A stretch of DNA of 64,000 nucleotides from a virus. Lineage: Duplodnaviria; Caudoviricetes. Every line of letters starts with the position of its first letter. The stretch's first letter is position 1. The notes under the pieces were generated by a model. That model was not told where the DNA came from. It saw nothing but the letters and a program-made list of their open reading frames with translations, and ran no database searches. Below are positions 24,743-32,597 of this stretch, piece after piece. The DNA lies in the IMG/VR virus record IMGVR_UViG_3300037722_000745, positions 32,001 to 96,000 of that record. One strand, given 5' to 3'. The translations under genes were made by a program, and so were the position numbers.

Positions 24743-27700
24743 CTACGCCTTACGGGTCAACGGGATTGCCGACGAGTCAATGAGCATCCGAGTGTTGTTG
24801 CGCACAAGCGGATGCCCCTCAATTCGATAGAGGTCCGCAGCCGCATACCCCTCTCCGGTGCCATTCGTACCAATACGGATGGGCGTCGGGGCTGAGGACC
24901 CAATGGGCGCATCGTAAACGCTGGTCAGAATCAGCATCATCAGCTCACTGCCAGCCGATGCCTCATTTGAACCCACGTTGGTAACGGAGTTCCGAACCAA
25001 CATGGCCCGTCCTTGAAGCGTACGAACATGATCCGTAGTGGCCGTGGCTACCGAGTTGTTCAGAGATACTGAGCCTCCGGGCCTCGGCCCGGAAGCCACA
25101 AACACGGAGCCACCACGATGCGTGCGGAAGTTCGTGTCCAGAGCGAAGTTGTTGGCCTCCCCATCTACATGGACCAAAACATCTCCAGGAGACCCAACTC
25201 CAGAGGTCGCGGTGCTCAGACGCACCTCGTGATGCTCGAGAGCCGGCGATGCAAGACCTGTGGATTGCCCTGATCCCACGGTATTTCGGTAGACGAGAGG
25301 AGCCATCACGTCCGTGTACCCGAAGTGCTGACCTCGGAAATCCTTGTCACGAAACAACGCTCCTAGAGGCAGCCGCTCCGTGCACCCGAGATACTCGGTA
25401 CCGATGTCCGGCCCGTCTCCAGCGAAGTTCGTAGGGAGAGCCTTGGGTCGTGGGTCCACACCAGAAGACGGCGGGTAGACGGACGGATCCTCGTAGGCCA
25501 CATTGGTGAACACCAAATCAGCGTCCGAAGCGTCTCCTGAATAGCGGCCCGTACCCAACGAGGTCGCGAAACTCAAGGAAGCTAGCACCTCCAACGCCTT
25601 CTCATTAGGCCGAGTCAGGTTGTCCGCATCCAATTCAGTCGACACCACATCAAAGGCATCGTCTGACATGAGCGGTCCAGGGACGTACGGGAGATCGATG
25701 TAGCTGTTCTGAGATCCCCAAGCATCCCCTTGGTACGGGGTGCGACTGTAGTTCACCAGGATCTGATCGGAGGCCGTAGCGGGTCCTGGGAGAAGCGCCG
25801 AAGGACCCGTAACACGCTTGTTGATGTTGTCTTCTCGGCTACCCGCAGCTCCCGGGTCTCCTCCGCTGCCCACATCGTCCCACGCGTTAACATTGCCAGG
25901 GCGGGTCAGTATGAGACGAGCCTCTGAATTCAGATCGAATGTGCCACGGTCAAACCCAAACACGGCCGCCTCTACCACATAGGTGCCCGAGGCGAAGTCC
26001 GCGATGGGGTTCGGCGACCGGGTGATATCGATCGCGTTGGCGTTCAAGATGAAAGTCGAGTCCCCATCCGAGTCAATTTCAATCCACATGGGCGGCCCAT
26101 CGCCCGACCTCATAGCCTGTCGCAGGAGATTCGTTGCGGTGCCGCCTCCGCCTGGCCCGCGCTCATCGGTGAAAGGGGTGCTCGAACTGATGTAGTCCTG
26201 GGCCTCGTAGACACCGAACAGGCGAGCAGCGCCATAGAAGGGCGGCAATTCCAGCCCCTCTCGACCTAGCCCTCGGGAGTCAGTGAAAAAACGCATCCCA
26301 GCAGTCTGATTCCCACTGATAACTCCCGCTGTGTTGAAACTGAGGGGGTTCGACGCAAAATCAATCTGGCTGAATACAGAGTATCGAAAAGAGGTGTTGC
26401 TATACGCAATGTAGTTGAATTGGTTCTCAACCACAGCGCCTGGAGTGCTCCGGATCATGTAGTTGATGCCGCTAGCAAAGTCGCCATCCTCCGCAATCAT
26501 TGGCACGTTCAACTCGCCCCAGCCCGGGACAAGGTGCCGGGGTAGGCTGACATAGATGTTGTTGAACGCGGGGTCCCCCGCTGATTGACTACAAAACAAC
26601 CCAAGGGGGTCTGTCTGTGTCCACTTCGGCGTGACGCCATCGACTGCGTTGAGGGGCATGACTCCTTGGGCGCTGTGAGTCGTGTAGCTGATGCCCACAG
26701 TAGCCTGGGCTCGAACAGGACGGTCGAGGGTGTAGCTAGTGGCTCCAACACTGAGGATCGTATAACGACCGGCGCCGGGTCCAGACGGAATCACCAAGGC
26801 ATCCCCGCCAACCGTAGTCCCTACACCACTCGCGTCCTCAAACACCGGCGTGTTAGCGCTGCTTGTGAAGCCTGTCGCACTGGTCAGTTTGGGAGTTGGA
26901 ACAGGGTTCGCTGCGTCCCCATCCACTGTCAGAAGATTGGGGAATTCGATTCGACGGAAAGGCGTAGCAATCACGGTCTTGCTGCCAAGATCCGCGTACA
27001 TCTCCGTGATCGACGGTAGCAAGCCGTTGAACTCTGCCGTCCGGTACTTCGCCCACAGAGGAGCCCACGCGACACGTGCTACGTGGTTGGTGTCAGGGAT
27101 GCCTCGCTCCTGCACCATCAGCAGCGACGACGGGTTGAGATAGGTGATGTTGTGCAGCGAGTCGGGGCGACGTGCGAGACCGCGTCCCGGACCATAGACT
27201 GCATGCACCCGGATGTGGAGCTGACGCGGAGACGCCGTCGTCGTAAGCTGGCTCGGGAAGCTTCCCGATAGCGTGATGATCAGGTTGTCCGCAGGCCCTG
27301 GGACCGCTGGCGTCACTGTGTACATGGTCGACGGTAGGTCGCCCGTCTCGCCAGCAAGACGCAGTTGAACAGCGCCCGTAACGCTGTCATTCAGCCACCG
27401 GATCTGATCCGTAGCACCCGCTTGAAGCCCCGTTTTGAGTTGGTTGACGGGGATCTCAATGATGTCGCCGGCTGTGAATTGGTTGCCGACCGTCTGGTTC
27501 GTCGTGTTAACGGTCAGAGATAACGACCACGGCTCGTTGATCGCCACACCAGGGCCCGGCGGCACAACACCCGAGTTGGGTCGAACCACGCACTCGATTG
27601 GTTGGATCGTCGCCGCATCAGAGAAGACCGTACGGATGTTGTCTGGAGCGTCGAGTTGCGTCACGCCCAATGACACCGCGGCCGACTGAATCGCATCCTG

Positions 27701-29062
27701 GTAATGGACGAAGGTCCCTTGGGGCCCACCGCCGGAGCGCTTCCAGTTGGCTCGCAGCTCACCCCTCAGCAGCTTGTCGACGTTGTTCTGAAGCAGCGCC
27801 GTGTAGTCCATCCCGTTAGGATTGACCGAGTGCCGTAAGTCGAGAATATCAGTGAGAGCGATCTGGTCTGAAAACAGCTCGTCGGGGCGCCCAGAAATGA
27901 CACGGATCTCAGACCCCGCCAAGTGAGCTTCCCCGATCGTTCCGTTGGTGCCTCGAGTCAGACCATTCAGCGTCGTACCGGTGATCGATGTGTAGGTCAG
28001 GATCTCGTCGCCGATTTGAATCGTCACCGCCGTCGCCGGGGAGGCGGGGAGCGGAATATTCGTGACTGAAGCAAGCGTCGCCGAAGTGGCCGTTGCGTTG
28101 AGATCCGCCGCAAGGGTTGGAACGGTAGAGAACGTCTTAACGCCTGTGCGATCGACTGCCGTCGGGTTGCGGTCGAACCCCCCATTCAAGTTCTGCGATG
28201 GGTTTCCATTCCAACCAATCGAGTTCCTACGGAACACCACCGCGATCGGAACGGCATAGCTATAGCCATCCACGGTCCCTAGCGAGGAACTAGTCCCATC
28301 ACCCGCACGCCACAACCCAGGGTCCCCCAGCTCCTCCCGCATGTTTTCAAACGTGAACGCAGTCACAGCCGAAGCCGCACCCTGCGCTTTGACAACCACA
28401 GGATCGAAGCCATCCGGGTATGTCGTCAGACCTACCAAGCCCTTGACCACACGGATGCGGTACTGGATTTGAACTCGCTGCTCTGTCTCAAACCCAAGAG
28501 CAGGATCGAGCAAATCATCTGGGAGAAAAGAGCTGCCAGACTCGACATTACCGTAGCGGTAGATGCCACTAGCAGACGGCTTGTTTGTAGTTGACGGGTT
28601 AGGCTGAATCCTGGCCTTCCACACCTCCAAAAAGACGAAGTCAATCCGGAAGTCCCCTGAATTGGAGGGAGGGGGATCAAGCGCAATGACGTTCGTCGTG
28701 TCGGTGTCATTAGGACTCCCGGGAGGAGTGCCCGTCCGTGTGCCTGTCACCGGGATCAACCACCCGTTGACGTTCGCCCACATGATAGATCGCTGCTCAC
28801 CGGCTCGCTGCGGACCGAACTTGAACCAGTTCGACCATGTGGAGTGGGTTTGGTAACTTGCCTGGGGGTTGGTCTCGTTACCCAAAAACCCAGAAGGTGT
28901 GCCGCGCAAAACCGCAGACTGCAAAGCTTCGTGAGCCAACTGCTGTTGCAGTATCAGAGCTGCGTCGGTTGGAGGCTTGCCCTGCTGCCAAATAGTGGTG
29001 ATGTACTGCGTGTCTGCCGATTGCAGGACACGGGACACTCCGGGACCTAGATTGTCGCTCAT
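24743..29062 (-). CDS. large virion structural protein (baseplate/tail associated)
   Basis: 1439 aa, G/T/S/P-rich; N-terminal part paralogous to 37771..40353; lies in the tail-fibre module. Confidence 0.75.
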   Translation of the reverse strand: MSDNLGPGVSRVLQSADTQYITTIWQQGKPPTDAALILQQQLAHEALQSAVLRGTPSGFLGNETNPQASYQTHSTWSNWFKFGPQRAGEQRSIMWANVNGWLIPVTGTRTGTPPGSPNDTDTTNVIALDPPPSNSGDFRIDFVFLEVWKARIQPNPSTTNKPSASGIYRYGNVESGSSFLPDDLLDPALGFETEQRVQIQYRIRVVKGLVGLTTYPDGFDPVVVKAQGAASAVTAFTFENMREELGDPGLWRAGDGTSSSLGTVDGYSYAVPIAVVFRRNSIGWNGNPSQNLNGGFDRNPTAVDRTGVKTFSTVPTLAADLNATATSATLASVTNIPLPASPATAVTIQIGDEILTYTSITGTTLNGLTRGTNGTIGEAHLAGSEIRVISGRPDELFSDQIALTDILDLRHSVNPNGMDYTALLQNNVDKLLRGELRANWKRSGGGPQGTFVHYQDAIQSAAVSLGVTQLDAPDNIRTVFSDAATIQPIECVVRPNSGVVPPGPGVAINEPWSLSLTVNTTNQTVGNQFTAGDIIEIPVNQLKTGLQAGATDQIRWLNDSVTGAVQLRLAGETGDLPSTMYTVTPAVPGPADNLIITLSGSFPSQLTTTASPRQLHIRVHAVYGPGRGLARRPDSLHNITYLNPSSLLMVQERGIPDTNHVARVAWAPLWAKYRTAEFNGLLPSITEMYADLGSKTVIATPFRRIEFPNLLTVDGDAANPVPTPKLTSATGFTSSANTPVFEDASGVGTTVGGDALVIPSGPGAGRYTILSVGATSYTLDRPVRAQATVGISYTTHSAQGVMPLNAVDGVTPKWTQTDPLGLFCSQSAGDPAFNNIYVSLPRHLVPGWGELNVPMIAEDGDFASGINYMIRSTPGAVVENQFNYIAYSNTSFRYSVFSQIDFASNPLSFNTAGVISGNQTAGMRFFTDSRGLGREGLELPPFYGAARLFGVYEAQDYISSSTPFTDERGPGGGGTATNLLRQAMRSGDGPPMWIEIDSDGDSTFILNANAIDITRSPNPIADFASGTYVVEAAVFGFDRGTFDLNSEARLILTRPGNVNAWDDVGSGGDPGAAGSREDNINKRVTGPSALLPGPATASDQILVNYSRTPYQGDAWGSQNSYIDLPYVPGPLMSDDAFDVVSTELDADNLTRPNEKALEVLASLSFATSLGTGRYSGDASDADLVFTNVAYEDPSVYPPSSGVDPRPKALPTNFAGDGPDIGTEYLGCTERLPLGALFRDKDFRGQHFGYTDVMAPLVYRNTVGSGQSTGLASPALEHHEVRLSTATSGVGSPGDVLVHVDGEANNFALDTNFRTHRGGSVFVASGPRPGGSVSLNNSVATATTDHVRTLQGRAMLVRNSVTNVGSNEASAGSELMMLILTSVYDAPIGSSAPTPIRIGTNGTGEGYAAADLYRIEGHPLVRNNTRMLIDSSAIPLTRKA

Positions 29063-29137
29063 CCCTGTTACCTTCTGATCCGATTTGCAAGCCCACTAGA
29101 CAGGCTGTCAAATGGGCCGGCTTATAGGGAGTTTCTC

Positions 29138-29333
29138 GGTTTTCGAGAGGCCCGGTGGTGTGTTACCCTCGGGAGTCTCTCGCATTCTGCGGGTTCTCTG
29201 AGAATTCAATAGGTTAGAAAGATCCGGATCCCGATCGGCCTCTGGATCCAAGGGGTCCCAACCCATGATCCCACAGGGGGGTCTCGCAAACCGCCTTGTG
29301 AACCTCCGAATTCACACGGTTTCTCAGAATCCC
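29138..29333 (+). promoter_or_regulatory. CRISPR leader 1
   Basis: Non-coding 196 bp abutting repeat 1; about 93% identical by hand alignment to 32402..32597; IHF-like ATTCAATAGGTTA at 29204-29216. Confidence 0.75.
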
Positions 29334-29884
29334 CTTGAGGGAGGTGAAAGCCTCCCTCGTAATTGAAACAAGACGGCGAAGGGCAACGCAACCTCGGAAC
29401 CTACGGGCTTGAGGGAGGTGAAAGCCTCCCTCGTAATTGAAACTGCTCGCTGAGTGATCGATCGAGATTGGTGGTGAAGCTTGAGGGAGGTGAAAGCCTC
29501 CCTCGTAATTGAAACCTGGAGCTGGGTAGCCGCTGCCTCCGCTGCCATGGCCCTGCTTGAGGGAGGTGAAAGCCTCCCTCGTAATTGAAACCAGGAAGCC
29601 CAGGCCGTCTACGCGTCGCAGAGCGACCCTTGAGGGAGGTGAAAGCCTCCCTCGTAATTGAAACCAGACAACTGAGTTCCTACGGAACACCACCGCGATC
29701 GGGCTTGAGGGAGGTGAAAGCCTCCCTCGTAATTGAAACGACGGGCGACGTCGTCGCTGGCCTGCCGGGATTCGGCTTGAGGGAGGTGAAAGCCTCCCTC
29801 GTAATTGAAACCAGGCGGCTGCGCTCCTTGACGGCGGCGACGAATCCGCTTGAGGTAGGCGGATGCCTACCTCGTAATTGAAAA
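29334..29884 (+). CRISPR. CRISPR array 1: 8 repeats, 7 spacers (36-40 nt)
   Basis: Repeat CTTGAGGGAGGTGAAAGCCTCCCTCGTAATTGAAAC (36 nt; usually preceded by G) at 29334, 29408, 29480, 29556, 29629, 29704 and 29776; variant terminal repeat at 29849; 8-bp hairpin and ATTGAAAC 3' handle. Confidence 0.97.
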
Positions 29885-29938
29885 CTTTAAGATTTACCGA
29901 CCTTGAACTGTAATACTCTAGAGGGGGCCTAAAAAACC

Positions 29939-32380
29939 ATGACCAGATCCATTTTCGTTTTCTCTCTGATTCTAACCGCCTGTAGTACCGGGGGCCCTAT
30001 CGAACTACCCTCCTCCAAGGAAGGGTTCTCAGATGGAGGGGCTAGTTTCGTTGGCTCTGAACTTAGCGATGACGGGGGTAATAACCCAACGATCTCCGAC
30101 TCCAGCGTCACAGCCGACGGATCGTCTACAGCAGCCGACGGATCGTCTACAGACGCACACAAGCCAGAAGAAGCGGACGGGGGGGCCCCACCAGTCGATG
30201 CTGGGTCTCCCGCCGATGCGGACGCGGAGACAGACACCGAAGACGGAGGGGACTCCGATCTTCGTACTCCTGATGGGGGCGAAACAGAAACGGACGCGAC
30301 TCCCGACGACGATTGCCCAGGCTCTGGCCCGGGAGTAAAGTGTGAAGGTCGGGACAGATTCGCGTGCGTCTCCGGACAGTGGGTCATACAAGAGACTTGT
30401 GACCACACGTGTCAAGCAGGGGCTTGTGTAGGGGAGTGTGACCCGGGAAGCACGGACTGTTTGAACGAGCACCCGCGGACTTGTAACTCCAACGGGCTAT
30501 GGGACGTGGGTTTGGCTTGCTCGTTTGTATGCTCGGAAGGTTCCTGCGTAGGCGAGTGTGACCCCGGGGCCACCGACTGCCAAGGCGATGTGCCTCGAAC
30601 CTGCAACTCGCAAGGGCAGTGGGTAGAGAGTTCGGCCTGCGCGTTTGTATGCTCCGACGGAGCCTGCGTGGGGGTGTGTGAACCAGGCGATCGAAATTGC
30701 TCGGGAGACACTCCTCGTCAGTGCGATGCTTCGGGCCAGTGGGTCAACGAAGCCGCTTGTCCCTTCGTTTGCAGTGAAGGTGTGTGCTCCGGTGCATGCG
30801 ACCCAGGAGCAACAAGCTGCGCAGGGGACACCCCCCGTACGTGCAATGATTCCGGTGTGTGGGTCAACGGAACGACGTGTCCTTTCACATGCTCGGGAGG
30901 TTCGTGTACCGGGGTGTGTGAGCCTGGCGACCGTGATTGCTCGGGCCTGACACCCCGAAGCTGCAATGCCGCGGGGCAGTGGGTCAACGAGACCGCTTGT
31001 CCCTTCGTTTGTTCGGGAGAGGGCGTCTGTATCGGAAGCTGCACTCCGAACGACACTGATTGCCAGGGAGATGTCCCCCGGACTTGCAATTCGCAGGGTC
31101 AATGGGTGAGCGGTTCTGCCTGCCAGTTCGTGTGCTCTGACGGTGCCTGTACCGGCGTGTGCGAACCTGGCGATGTCCAGTGCTCGGGGAGCCAGATTCA
31201 AACCTGCAACTCGCAGGGCCAATGGGGCACTGCGGCCAACTGCCCAAGCGTGGCCGGTGCCAATGCTTACTGCCTGAACGACGCCTGCACCTTCGACTGC
31301 CAGCTCGACTACGACGATTGCGACGGCAACCCTGCCAACGGCTGCGAAGCCCACCTGGAGACCGACAGCAACAACTGCGGGAGCTGCGGACACTCTTGCT
31401 GCGGGGGTGCTTGTGGCAGCGGGACATGCGAGGTCTACGATTCCGGACTCCGCACCGTTTCCACCTGGGAGGTAGACTCCAACAGCATTTATACGACCGC
31501 CGTTAACGGTCAGACGGTGACCATCCAGCAGACACCACGTGAAGGGGGCGCCACATCGGCGATGGCCTCAATCACTGGCGACACAACATCCCCCCGGGTC
31601 ACCGATTTGGCCTCAAACGGAACCAACCTGTTTTGGAGCCTTCGAGAAGGGGGGGTGTTGTCGGTGCCGCTCGACGGTTCTGGACAGTACGAGTCCTGGT
31701 ACATAAACACCATCGACACATTCACCGTCAGTTCCAATCACGGGGCGTACACGTGGTACAACCTCTCAGCCACCGGAGAGCTATTGTTGGATGCTACTCG
31801 GGTTTACTGGTTCGGGACCAGCTCCGGTTTCGTCAACTGGAAGTGGCTGGTGACCCCCACACAGACCGGCGGGTCATTCGTGCTACCTGACGCTCCGACC
31901 CATCTAGTCTCAGATGGGGATTATATCTACGCGACGCCCCATACGGCACTGAATCCAATCAGCCGTCACAACCTTGCGTTCGACAACAACGAGAGCTTCG
32001 TCACATCAACCTCGACGAACTACGTCTTCGGACGAACCAGCGCCAGCGACGGTGTCTACCTCTACTACGTGTACTATGACGGCCCCAACCCCGCAGATGG
32101 GGGCATTTGGAAGAAGCCCCTGAACGGCGGATCCGCTACCCAGATCGTAGCTGACCCCCGAGTGCAAGCATACGTCGCTACCGACGGCTTGAACGTCTAT
32201 TACATCTCGGATCCAAACACATCCAACCCGGTCATCCGCAAGGTTCCAGTGACCGGTGGTAGCTCCGCCCCGCTTGTGACGTACGACCTACCCACCTGGA
32301 ACTCCGAGCTGAAGGTCGTGGACGAGTGCCTCTACTGGCATCGGAGCACGGGGATCAAGGCCATCGCCGTCAATCCCTAG
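29939..32380 (+). CDS. Cys-rich repeat lipoprotein with a C-terminal beta-propeller-like domain (myxobacterial type)
   Basis: Lipobox LTAC at residues 12-15; acidic linker; eight ~40-aa Cys-rich repeats (about six Cys each); CDGNPANGCE..TD.NNCG.CG motif; YW/SDG-containing blade-like repeats. Confidence 0.8.
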   Translation: MTRSIFVFSLILTACSTGGPIELPSSKEGFSDGGASFVGSELSDDGGNNPTISDSSVTADGSSTAADGSSTDAHKPEEADGGAPPVDAGSPADADAETDTEDGGDSDLRTPDGGETETDATPDDDCPGSGPGVKCEGRDRFACVSGQWVIQETCDHTCQAGACVGECDPGSTDCLNEHPRTCNSNGLWDVGLACSFVCSEGSCVGECDPGATDCQGDVPRTCNSQGQWVESSACAFVCSDGACVGVCEPGDRNCSGDTPRQCDASGQWVNEAACPFVCSEGVCSGACDPGATSCAGDTPRTCNDSGVWVNGTTCPFTCSGGSCTGVCEPGDRDCSGLTPRSCNAAGQWVNETACPFVCSGEGVCIGSCTPNDTDCQGDVPRTCNSQGQWVSGSACQFVCSDGACTGVCEPGDVQCSGSQIQTCNSQGQWGTAANCPSVAGANAYCLNDACTFDCQLDYDDCDGNPANGCEAHLETDSNNCGSCGHSCCGGACGSGTCEVYDSGLRTVSTWEVDSNSIYTTAVNGQTVTIQQTPREGGATSAMASITGDTTSPRVTDLASNGTNLFWSLREGGVLSVPLDGSGQYESWYINTIDTFTVSSNHGAYTWYNLSATGELLLDATRVYWFGTSSGFVNWKWLVTPTQTGGSFVLPDAPTHLVSDGDYIYATPHTALNPISRHNLAFDNNESFVTSTSTNYVFGRTSASDGVYLYYVYYDGPNPADGGIWKKPLNGGSATQIVADPRVQAYVATDGLNVYYISDPNTSNPVIRKVPVTGGSSAPLVTYDLPTWNSELKVVDECLYWHRSTGIKAIAVNP
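30314..31290 (+). repeat. eight tandem ~120-bp Cys-rich coding repeats
   Basis: Consensus C[DE]PG.T.C.G..PR.CN..GQWV....C.FVCS.G.C.G; end coordinate approximate. Confidence 0.85.
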
Positions 32381-32401
32381 ATGGTGCGCGTGACCTCAGC
32401 A

Positions 32402-32597
32402 GGTTTTCGAGAGCCTCAGTGGTGTGTTACCCTCGGGAGTCTCTCGCATTCTGCGGGTTCTCTGAAAATTCAATAGGTTAGATGGATCCGGATCCCGATC
32501 GGCTTCTGGATCCAAGGGGTTCCGGCACATGATCCCACAGGGGGTCTCGCAAACCGCCTTGTGAACCTCCGAATTCACACGGTTTCTCAGACTCCCC
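32402..32597 (+). promoter_or_regulatory. CRISPR leader 2 (duplicate of leader 1)
   Basis: 196-bp near-copy of 29138..29333; IHF-like site at 32468-32480. Confidence 0.75.

Noticed and set aside
29083-29112. TTGACA plus a 17-nt spacer (minus strand) upstream of the 1439-aa gene, overlapping a GACAG-G-CTGTC palindrome
   Set aside because: The implied -10 (GCAAAT) is poor; a single instance.
29214-29881. ORFs over array 1 (29214..29693, 29324..29548, 29585..29881)
   Set aside because: They are translations of repeat-spacer units, not genes.
30497-31393. 298-aa minus-strand ORF and other long shadow ORFs opposite real genes
   Set aside because: Antisense shadows of GC-rich or repetitive coding sequence; no RBS and no protein-like motifs.
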